Positions 52,666-64,000 of a stretch of 64,000 bases of DNA are shown piece by piece (positions within the stretch are counted from its first letter, which is position 1; each line of letters opens with the position of its first letter). The position numbers and the translations under genes were made by a program. This DNA is from Octopus sinensis (Eukaryota), in contig NC_043009.1 in assembly GCF_006345805.1 (NCBI RefSeq), forward strand, positions 45,942,001-46,006,000. The letters are read 5' to 3'. Below the pieces are notes generated by a model. The model searched no databases, was not told the DNA's origin, and saw only the letters and a program-made list of their open reading frames with translations.

Positions 52666-53925
52666 TCAGGTCATCCCATAAGTTCTGTCCGAATTTTGAA
52701 TAAAGAAAACAAGTGATCAAATGTTATATTTAATTGAAATTTAATCATCAATGTACTTTCCCTGATTATCTGTGACTTCCATCCATCTATTTACAAGCAT
52801 TTTAATCCCATCAATGTAAAGCTCTTTTGGTTTCAAAGCGAAGAACTCTGAAATGTCAGTTTCGACCTCCTCCTGGCTTGCGAAGGTTATGTCCTCCAAA
52901 TGATTCTGTAAACTACGAAACAAATGGTAGTCTGAAAGAGCAAGGTTGGAAGAATAAGATGGATGAGGAATTTTTTCACAACCAAGCTCTTCGATCTTCT
53001 TTGATGTGATCTTTGCAGTGTGGGGTCACGCATTGTCCTGATGAGACATCACTCCTTTTCGATTCCATAAAGCTGGGTTTTTTTCTTCAAAGCTTGGTTC
53101 AAACGCTCTAATTGCTGACAGTAAGCTTGAGCATTGATTGTTGCATTAGGCGGTAACAATTCAAAGTGAATTACCCCTTTGAAATCCCACCAGATAGAGG
53201 GAAATACCTTTTTCCCCATGAAGTTTCCTTCTCAGTTGTGGTTAAGCCTTCCCCTTTTACCAACACACTGTTTACGATGTTTAACATTTCGATAGAAGAT
53301 CAATTTTTTTCGTCCCCAGTCACAAATCTATCCAAAAATGGTGAAATGAATTCGTTTGGATGGAGAGAAGAGCAGATGTCATCTCGAAGTTTGCGATTGC
53401 TTTTGGACAATTCATAAGGTACCCATTTTCCAAGTTTAGGAACCTTTCCAAGTTGTTGAAGATGACGATGAGCAGTTGTATGGTTTGAACTAAGCTTTAT
53501 TGCCAATTCTTCAACTGATAATGCAGAATTTTCTTCAAGTAATGCCTCAAGGAGCTTATCATCAAACTCAATTGGACGTCCTGTTCTATTTTAATCTTCA
53601 AGGCTGAGATCTTCACTTCTGAAGTTTGCAAACCATCGTCTGCAAGTTCTTTCATTCAAGCATTCTTTCCCATAAACTGAGTGTATGTTTCGAGTCGCTT
53701 CGGCTGCAGAGTTTTCTTTTTTTTTTTACTCATAAAGCATTATGTGCCTCAAATGCTCTTTGGATACTTCCATGTTAGAAAGGATTTAAATCAAATAAAT
53801 TTTAATTCTATTATTCTGTAACATAATATTTAATTAGTTTAAATGAACACAAATGCATAAAAATAATTTTTAATTGCATTAGACATTCTAAAATACTATT
53901 AAATTTCATTCAATTTTAAAAATCA
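52666..53925 (-). mobile_element. Near full-length decayed mariner (DD34D); transposase pseudogene 53773 to 52741
   Basis: MEVSKEHLRHIMLYE...CRRWF...GRP...GKWVPYEL...VTGDEK...QDNA*PH...SDYHLF with 34 residues between the last two Ds. Contains stops and frameshifts. TA plus TIR-like tcaggtcatcccataagttctgtccg at 52664-91; the matching TIR is absent. Confidence 0.93.
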
Positions 53926-53926
53926 G

Positions 53927-55110
53927 AAGATATGTGAACAGAAATAAGCAGTTCAAGAACAGATTGTTCCAAAATAATCCAAAACAGTTCTTCCACACTT
54001 TAGAAGGAAACGATAGAAAGGAGGCAGTTTCTAATGCTGACTAGGTCGAGGTGACCTGAAATGAGATGTGGGGAAACAGTATGATACCTAGTGGATAGAA
54101 ATCATCAAGACCGAACTGAGATGAGGAAATAGACAGAAATATTTCTATAAATACAGTCGATGTGATGTATCAATGACTAAGGTACCAAAGTAGTAAGCTT
54201 CTGGTCCATATGAGATCCATGGCTTTTGATTGAAAAGATGAAGTGCGGTTCATGTAAGGAACGCAACTAAATTGAATGAATGCATCCAAAGAGGTGCAGT
54301 TCTTTCTTGGTTGGTTACAGTAAGGACAACACTTGTAATGAAAGATAGAAGTAAGGAGAATGTTGTGGGAATCTACCACCCTAGAGCATGCCTGAATATA
54401 ATATGGAAGGTACTTACTGGAATATTTGCGGAGAAGGAATGTACTTTTCTCAAACATGAAGGACTCTTACCAAGTGAACAAATGGATTTAGGGGGATATT
54501 TCAAGGCACCAAAACCACATGCTAATCGATAAGACAGTTTTGAGATATTGTACAAAACATCATGCCAATATGTCAGTGACCTGGTTTGAGTTTAAGAAGA
54601 TATATGATACGGTGCCTCATTCTTGGATCGTTGAATTCCTGCAGATGGTTGATATTCCTGACATCATCACAAATTTTCTTCTGAATAGAATGCCAGAGTT
54701 GAAGACCAAGTTGTATTCGAGCAATGTATTACTTGGAGAAGTAGAAATCAAAATTAAAAGAGGTATCTTCTAAGGAGACTCATTTTCACTACTACGATTC
54801 ATTACAGCACTTACACCTGTAACACTTACATAACGTGAAAAGAAAGGGCATTTCATAAAATATCTTCTGTTTATGAACGACCTGAAACTGTTTGGGAAGT
54901 CTAAAATTCTGATAGATTATTTGGCTAAAACAGTCCAGATATGTAGCAGCGATATCAGTAAGGCATTTGAGAGTTTCAACTGTTCTGGCCTCAATATAAG
55001 AAGAGGAAAGAAATCACCCGTTGTGGATTACGGCGGCCATCGGGAGAAAACATGAGGAAACCAAAGATAGTGGATACAAGTATTTGTTGATTTTAGAACT
55101 GGATGATAAA
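53927..55110 (+). pseudogene. Second R4/Dong-like LINE fragment (pre-RT region and RT)
   Basis: RRYVNRNKQFK.NRLFQNNPKQFF...YHPRACLNIIWKVLTGI...LLPSEQ...LIDKTV...FKKIYDTVPHSWI...IKRGIF*GDSFSL...FMNDLKLFGK...YKYL. Heavily decayed; followed by (ATT)n. Confidence 0.88.
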
Positions 55111-55139
55111 ATTTTAGTCCTTGCGCCGATAGTAGAAAA

Positions 55140-55287
<148 letters not shown>

Positions 55288-55970
55288 TGTCTCTCAATTT
55301 CACTTGATATTCAATACTGATATTTAAAAATGCAATTATATCACACGCAAATTTCCAAAAGTGTTTATTTTCAACATGAGTCTAAGGCTGCAAAAATATA
55401 CTGCCTGGGGACGGGGCCCCGCAAAATGTAATGCCTGTTAGATGATTGAGGCTGCAAGAAAGAACATACGCGGAATAAATAACATCGACATTTTTGGAGA
55501 CATTCTATTAAATTTGGAACACAAATTACTGTATAGAAAAATATAACAGCAAATAGATTTCTCAATCTCCTCCGATGTCAATTGCGTCTATGTCAGAATG
55601 AGAGCAGATGCAGAAAGCAATATTTTGTAACATCAAGAAGCGTCAAGGTATTCCAAAAGTAATTTCATTCTCCAACTAGAAACATGTTATCAGTTGAACA
55701 CGATTCAGACGTTATTTACGAAAAAAAAAAGCTAGCAAAAATAATTTACAAGACGAAAAGCGATACGTAATTGAGGATAATGTCGCTAAGTTGGAAGATC
55801 TAAAATGCATGTATATGCGACACTTACATATATGCATACATATCAACATACGTATATGTGTTTACGAGTACACACACACACATGTTATATATATATATAT
55901 ACATACACATGCGCATATATTATACATATATATTTATATATACACACACACATGTGCATATATAGTATAA

Positions 55971-56019
<49 letters not shown>

Positions 56020-56023
<4 letters not shown>

Positions 56024-56538
56024 TGTGTGCGTATACATACACATGTGCATACATATATAGATATATACGTGTATGTATTCGTATATATATTTATATGTAT
56101 ATATGCATGTATATATATATATGTGTGTGTGTGTGTATGTGTGTGTGTGGTGTATGTGTGCATACATGTGTGTGTATGCCGGTATACATGCATGCCGGTA
56201 TAAATAAATAAATATATTATATATATGGGGCGTCTCTGTGTGTCTGTGTGTACGCGAGTGTGTGTGTGTATGTGTGTGTGTGTGTGTGTGTGTGTCTGTG
56301 TGCGTATACATACACATGTGCATACATATATAGATATATACGTGTATGTATTCGTATATATATTTATATGTATATATGCATGTATATATATATATGTGTG
56401 TGTGTGTGTATGTGTGTGTGTGTGTATGTGTGCATACATGTGTGTGTATGCCGGTATACATGCATGCCGGTATAAATAAATAAATATATATATATATATG
56501 GGGCGTCTCTGTGTGTCTGTGTGTACGCGAGTGTGTGT

Positions 56539-56570
<32 letters not shown>
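56020..56570. repeat. Tandem duplication (period about 273 bp) of a compound microsatellite block
   Basis: Unique anchors gccggtatacatgcatgccgg and ggggcgtctctg each occur twice (ggggcgtc at 56227 and 56500). Confidence 0.85.
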
Positions 56571-56574
<4 letters not shown>

Positions 56575-57372
56575 TCCATGTGTCTGTGTGTGTGAGTGTG
56601 TCCGCTTCCGCTGAGTATATATACGTAATGTATCTATGTGTACATTTCTGTATGTATGTTCGTCTTTTACTCTTCCAATTTGTATCTCTCTCCCTGTCCC
56701 GAAACAAGGTCATAAATTTAGGTCACCCCCACAACATTAATCCTCATCCTTTGACTCTGGACAATTGTATAGTTATCTATGTTATAGATCTCTTCGCCTA
56801 ATGTCGCTGTGTGGTTAAATTTATCGTCTTCCATCGGACGAACCTTGGTAACAATGGCTCTGCCAGTACTGGTTGGTACCTCGCCAGCTTTTTTCCTCCT
56901 TCGTTTTCTTCTACATATTCCTTTCCTCCTTCTACCAATTCTTCTCTTTTGCATTTTTCTATTCGTTTTCCTCCCCTCCTTCTCTTTTACCCTCCTATAT
57001 CCTCATACATATTCATCTTCTTGATCTCCACCCCCGACATAATATCTTCCCCACAGACCCATTCCGCACATACACTTTTAACTTTTCCTTTTTATTTCCT
57101 CCCGGTACTTTACTAACAACCAGATCTAATAGACGCACAATATGATAGCATGACTTTGATGCAATTCTGCGAAAGTACTTCTCCAATGCCTAAAACCACA
57201 TGTATTACGTAAATTTTCTGTTAGAATTTTCCTGTAAACTGGCGTTACATATGGAAGTGGCACTAAAACATGTGTAACTTATAATTGTGTTAAAGACTTT
57301 TCTTTTTCTTCTTGTTTCCATTGGATCGAGTACACACACACACATATATATATATAATATATATATATATAC

Positions 57373-57452
<80 letters not shown>

Positions 57453-57486
57453 CACACACACACACACACATATATATATTATATAT

Positions 57487-57521
<35 letters not shown>

Positions 57522-57659
57522 GTACGTATATATATGTGTATATATATATGTGTGTGTATATTATATATGTGCGTATAGATATATATATATACGTATGTGT
57601 ATGTATATATATATGTGTATATATATATATATACATACACGTCTAATTTCTAACTCTCT

Positions 57660-57905
<246 letters not shown>

Positions 57906-59689
57906 AGGGGGGGGCAAGAAGGAAGAAAAAGATGAAAGCGCAAAGATAAATTAAGTGAAAATATTCATTCTCGGAGGATCGAAAAATAAAAGTTTTGAGA
58001 AAATGCCTATAGTTCTTCTCTCTCAGCAAAAAATGAAAAACTGGATAAAAGTATGACAAACATGAATATAGAGGCATTAATACAATAGTAAACAAGGTAT
58101 ACAAGTGTTAGGGTGAATACAGGAAATTTAGTAGAACAAAAATGAAATGATAGGAGATCTGTTGCTTAAAACTAGAGATAAGCTAAATCAACGTTACTGA
58201 AAACAGAGACTGTTGTTGCTGCTGTCGTTGTTGTTATTGTTTTGGGGGAGGCAAATTGATAGGAGATTTGGTGAGTGAATGCAATACGGATTTTGAAGCA
58301 AAGAAAACAACAAATTGGGAGGCATTTCAGCGAAAGTAATACTCGTACAGCTGACAGCGTATCTAGAATTTGGGTCGCCGGGACAGCCCTTAAGTTTGAT
58401 GCGCTCCTTCTAACGCATGTGTAAAGTTCTTCTCCTACCAAATACCGTCCGCAGGAGACCGTCCTCTCGCTTCTCTTATCTGTTCAAGTTTTATATAGAG
58501 CCATATTTATCATGGGATTGCCAGTAGAGTAATTCTGATAATTTGGTTGAAGCATTTATTGCAAAGAACCAGATTCAGCCTCAGTCTGAGAGATGGGAGA
58601 ACATGAAGCTAGTTGTGCAATAAATATAAAACTGTTCCGAGTTGGTGGAGATGAACGATGAGCGACTCCCTACACTTGTTATAGGCAGTGATCATCCGAT
58701 TACGGCGTCAGTGCATCTTGATTGAACTTCTTGCGGCAGGGTTAGTGGGTTATAGGGTTGAATTTGCCTGAGATGTGAAGGGACATGGGTAAGAGAATAG
58801 GTTCGGCTACATGTATGTCACAAGTGAGTTATAAAAGGAAGCACATTTTCAGAGATAATGGCCATATATTGTCAAACTGCCGATTAATTATTTGATTTGA
58901 AGATCTTAGGTTAGATTACGGTAGCTTGTGGAAAGGATTTATAGTTTTGAAATATTTTGATGGGGTGGAAAATAAGAGTAATTAGAAGTGGAGGATAAAG
59001 GAGTAAGTTATAACACGCGAGGAAACGCAAATTCGATCTGGAAGTGAACTGAGTAAAGAAATGATTTTGGATAAAACTAACTTTCTACATATTTCAATAA
59101 AATTATGGGTTGTAACCCAAGTGTATTAATGTCATTTATATTCTTTAAAACAGAAGATTATTATTTCAGAAATGCTGAATTCTCATGCGTTCTTGGTAAT
59201 TCACAAAGCCATCCTTATTAATTTAGTGAAATCCCTATCTGGTCACTCGATTTGCTAGGAATAGCAATCAAATGTATTTTAAATTATACCCTCCCGCACA
59301 GTTTCGGATTGGCTTTGGCTTGAATGACTTTAGCTCTGCTGGATTAGTCTGACCGAGGACTAAACAAAACAATAAACCAGTAACCCTTTTGTGAAAATAG
59401 CTACCGTTCTACAAACCGTTTGACAAGTAATAGAATATACCGAATGCACTGCATCTATTTGTTTAAGAGTGCGTTTTCGCACTCTCTTTCTTGATTCCTG
59501 ATGCTTTCATATCAAGATAGCCTTAAAAACAGAAGCGATTACTGGCTGAAGAAATATTGCTAAATGTTTGGTAAAGAAATCAGTTAGAAACATTGTATTG
59601 TCCTCAGCAATTTGGTAAGCATCAGCGTCAAACATTTTATTGAAATTTATTATCAAAGTAAAACCTAATGCAAAACGCAACAGAATTTA

Positions 59690-60010
59690 AGAATTATAAC
59701 CAAATGTATTGTCAAGTTAATTTCAGAAATTTAACGAATAAAATAAATTTTCATAAAATTTTGATTAATAACTTAACGAAATTATTATTAAAATGCAATA
59801 AAAATTTATTTTAAAATATAAAGTAATTCAAAATATTATTTTGATAAAAACTTTCGTAAAATTATAATTAAAGTAATTAAAAATTAACTAAAATCTGATT
59901 AAATGTAATCAAAATTCTGATTAAATTTAATTGAGATCTAAGGACATCTAATTGAATATTTAATTAAATTTTAATTCACCTTTAACTAAAAGTTAATTAA
60001 AATCTATTTA
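59690..60010. repeat. Extremely AT-rich degenerate minisatellite-like tract
   Basis: Recurring aaaatt...attaaa..taat units of roughly 20 bp. Confidence 0.45.
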
Positions 60011-62735
60011 AGACATATGCATTATGAAAATAATGTGTATAGATCAACGGTAGATATGGGTTATATCGTTCCATGTTTGTTAATTGCGATAAACTAGAAT
60101 ATTATGTTTTTCCTTTGCTTATTATAATGAGACAGAATTAAAAGAGTTTTTTTATAACCTGACCATTAAATCTTCTGGTGTAATTTACAATACATTTACG
60201 AGTGACTGATGACGTGGTGGCTTACTGACTAGTTAGAAATTGCAACTAAATCTCCCTCTCCCTCTTTCACGCCATACTCTTCAATGTTTAATAAATCGAG
60301 AAGCGTTTTGGATAATATGACTGTATTTCGCTTGGAATTTCCGACCATGAGTATTCAGTTATTTGATCAACTAAATTACCAAGTTCTTTGAATTGGCATG
60401 TAAGTGGCTGAATATTCAGCAGAAAGGTGTAGTCCTAACATAACCTCCAGGCAGAATCAGTGTGACACAGTGTGTAACAAGGCCGGGTCTGTAAATTGCA
60501 GATTCAGTCCACTCAACGAGTATCAACACAGTTTGATTCTGCCAAAATTTCACAAGGCTTAAGGCTATAGAATATGACACGTAGTGGTCTCGAACCCGAA
60601 CTACTTAAACATTCGACCATACAGCACACACACATGCACATGCAAAGGTGTGTGTGTGTGTATGTATATATGTATGTGAGAGTGTGTATGTGTGTGTATA
60701 TGTGTGTGCGTATATGTGTATGAGTGTGTGAGTGTGTGTGTATGTGTGCGTGTGTTGGATGGTAGTCTCAGATAAACTATAAGATTTGATAGTTACAATA
60801 ATACTCTCCTTAACAGTTCTGCTTAATATGGGCTGATTTGCTCTAAACAACCACAGTGAGTATTAAATTAAATGGTCTTCATTTTAACATTTGTTGTGCA
60901 ACTGAAGTACTCCAAGGTACAACTAAGGGCATTCTTTCTGCTACTGTCAGTGACTACTGGTAATCCTATGGATGCAGCACGGTCAAATGATTAAGAATGA
61001 CACTTTTCTATCAAAAGTCTCAAGTGCGATTTTACTGCCTAGAATGTTAGTCAGGTATCTTTTACCATAGTCACAAGTTGAACCGAGCCTTATAAGTGAA
61101 ATTCGGTAAACGAAGCACAAGAATCTCATCGAATGGGTCATACCTGTAACAAAAAAGGTAGAGCCCCATCATGCACAGACACGTGTGATTAAAACCTGCT
61201 AGAATTATTCCGCCATTTTCACTTTAATTCAACGAGCATGAAGCTCAGTTGATCGAGCAACTAAATAGTCATCGCCGATACCGATGGAAATCCATTTAGT
61301 AGGTAATTCTATCCCTTAGCAAGCGGCAGTACCGCTCACTTTTCAAACATTTCAGCCAGACAACATCGACCCGATAACGAAGAAAATATACTTTGAAAAA
61401 CTCTATCGATATTCTGGCAACAGGTTTGACATATGAACTGTTTCCGTTTTAACACACTGTTACATTCCGATTCACTGATTATCTACACTGGCTGCCTTCA
61501 GTTATGTAACTCTTACGAATATACCGTCTATTTATTTATTTATTTTTAAATATTCAATCATATTTGAACTCACTTTTAACAGTCTTTTCTGTCAGAATAT
61601 CCTAACAAGCGTCACTAGTTCCATCGCACCAGCTTTACTCTATTTTTCGTATAAGAACGAAAAATCGTAAAGTCTTCAAACATTCTTTGATATTTCACTG
61701 CCTTTCTTCCCCTTCAGAATTAAAGATTAACTTTTAACTTTGAAATTTTACCTATACACACATGTGTATATAAATGTGTGTGTGCGCGCGCATGTGTTTT
61801 ATTATGCACTGAAAGAGAAGGCTATAAAAAGAAAATGTGTTTTTTAGTCGAAATTTCCTTCTAATGGTCTTCCATAGTTATAACGATTGCAGAGTATACA
61901 TAGAAAACAATAAAACCAGAGAGTCTGTTTTGAAATTGACACGTGTAACTTATACATACCATTTTTACAAGTGTTTCGAAGAAGATTCTAAGGCCGAATT
62001 ATACAATTTTCACCCGTTGGAATTAGATCTTTCTGTCATCAATTTATTTCAGAATATGAAACAAGTTCTGATGACGTGAAGAACTAATATGTATACGGAC
62101 CATGATTACACAACTTACTGTTAAGACCTGGCTGAGATTTTCAGACACACACACACACACATTGCATAGTTCTGGTCATCTTGAACTTTACAATAAATTC
62201 AACTGAATTCTTAGTGCTTATTTATCTCATTAGAAACATTTGTCCGATGTTGTTCTTAAAATAGGTTGAAAGTAATAACCTTAATTTAATTGTGAAAAAG
62301 CACGGCATCAGACTAAGCTGATGTAAAAAGTACTACTGCCTAAGCTGATAACTAAGTACCACTCTTCTACAATCGACTGTACATATACGCATTATGCAGT
62401 AATCTTTAACTTTCAATCATTCACGTGCAATGGCGTCGGAAATGGAATAGTGTAGAAACAATTGTAACTAATAATGAAATTGGACTATATTCACTTTACT
62501 TGCATCATTATACACACATATATACACACACATATATATGCATGTTATTAACCTCCATGTAACATCATATACATAGACATACATATATATGTGTACATGA
62601 ATAATGAATATTGTGTGTGTGTATATGTATATGTATATATACATATATCATATATATATATACATATATATATATATGTATGTATGTATATATACATATA
62701 TCATATATATATACATATATATATATAAATATATT

Positions 62736-62786
<51 letters not shown>

Positions 62787-63378
62787 TATATACATATACA
62801 GAACCAGAGAGAGAGAGAGAGAGAGAAATACACACCCTCACGCATATGCGTATATGTGCGTATATGTTCATGTATGTGTGTGTGCGTGTGTGTATGCATA
62901 CATGCATTCTATTTTACAAATTCATTATTATCAATACTTACAGCTCTTTCAAGTGGAAGCAGTATGGTTACTAGCTGCATGGGTGTTCGAAGCAAAACTA
63001 AATGTGTGTAATTAAAGCTATTACAATTACAACTAATGACGAGTTTACACTAATTGTTCTAGAAACTGCACAACTCATGATGCTAGTATGAATATCGATT
63101 GCTTTCATTATATAAAATACGATAACTCGTGTGTTGTATCTGGTTATATCATATCCTACAATCTGACATCATAGAATTAATTTCTTGAAACTTCTTGAAA
63201 TCCTTTTTTGCTTTTCACACAAACTAGACGTTCAGAATCTGTTTAAAGCAGTTATAAATTAACTTGCTAAGATGTTTATTGTAAATGATGTTAGAAATTT
63301 ATATAAACACAAATAAAGAACATCAAGAAGAAGAGACAGGACGACACTCTGATGGGACACAGTATATCTTAAAGTATC

Positions 63379-63797
63379 CTAAGGCGGCGAGCTGGCAGAA
63401 TCGTTAGCTCGTCGAGCGAAATGCCGAGCGGTATTTCGTCTGCCGTTACGTTGTGAGTTCAATTTCCGCCGAGGTCGACTTTGCCTTTCATCCTTTCGGG
63501 GTCGGTAAATTAAGTACCAGTTACGCACTGGGATCGATATAATCGACTTAATTCGTCTGTCTGTCCCTGCTTGTCCCCTCTGTGTTTAGCCCCTTGTGGG
63601 TAGTAAAGAAATAGGTATTTCGTCTGCCGTTACGTTGTGAGTTCAATTTCCGCCGAGGTCGACTTTGCCTTTCATCCTTTCGGGGTCGGTAAATTAAGTA
63701 CTAGTTACGCACTGGGGTCGATATAATCGACTTAATCCGTCTGTCTGTCCTTGTTTGTCCCCTCTGTGTTTAGCCCCTTGTGGGTAGTAAAGAAACA
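63379..63797 (+). mobile_element. SINE family C with an internal 184-bp tandem duplication and an 18-bp TSD
   Basis: TSD agtatatcttaaagtatc at 63361-78 and 63798-815. The unit starting ggtatttcgtctgccg occurs at 63430 and 63614. Confidence 0.92.
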
Positions 63798-64000
63798 AGT
63801 ATATCTTAAAGTATCTAATCTGATTAGGACATCATCTTGTATTGCAGTAAGCAATGTGTTGATTACACAGCAAGAGCTGTGTAGTATATACGGTAGTATT
63901 ACGATCACATAGCAAGTCATTAGTGCTGCATTCGGTAATACGATGTTCACCCAGCACGCACTATGTACTTTAATCGGAAATAAGATAATCGGCCGGGAAG

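Noticed and set aside
56718-56954. Minus-strand 78-aa ORF with a protein-like C-terminal half
   Set aside because: The N-terminal part is purine-rich low complexity; no recognisable domain or splice sites.

Overview
AT-rich, microsatellite-dense eukaryotic DNA. The interspersed repeats resemble octopus (coleoid cephalopod) families, but this is pattern recognition, not a database result. The only well-supported host gene is on the + strand: two phase-compatible exons (18418-18568, 22993-23283) of an NMDA-type, GluN3/GluN1-like ionotropic glutamate receptor, covering the end of the S2 ligand-binding lobe, M4 and the start of the C-tail. Its other exons were not found, apart from one weak terminal-exon candidate at 25601-25741. 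The rest is intron-like or intergenic. It holds two abundant tRNA-headed SINE families, RTE and R4/Dong-like LINE fragments, mariner/Tc1 remnants (one near full length), a complete non-autonomous Helitron, Helentron/HINE-like pieces, several MITEs and foldbacks, and a Penelope-like fragment with a variant hammerhead core. Most ORFs in the track are microsatellite artefacts. No clearly new system is demonstrated. The best leads are the unusual ligand-pocket residue in the receptor, a TIR element with an 11-13 bp TSD and internal (TTAGGG)4, a SINE dimer inside one TSD, the variant hammerhead, and potential intronic dsRNA for A-to-I editing.
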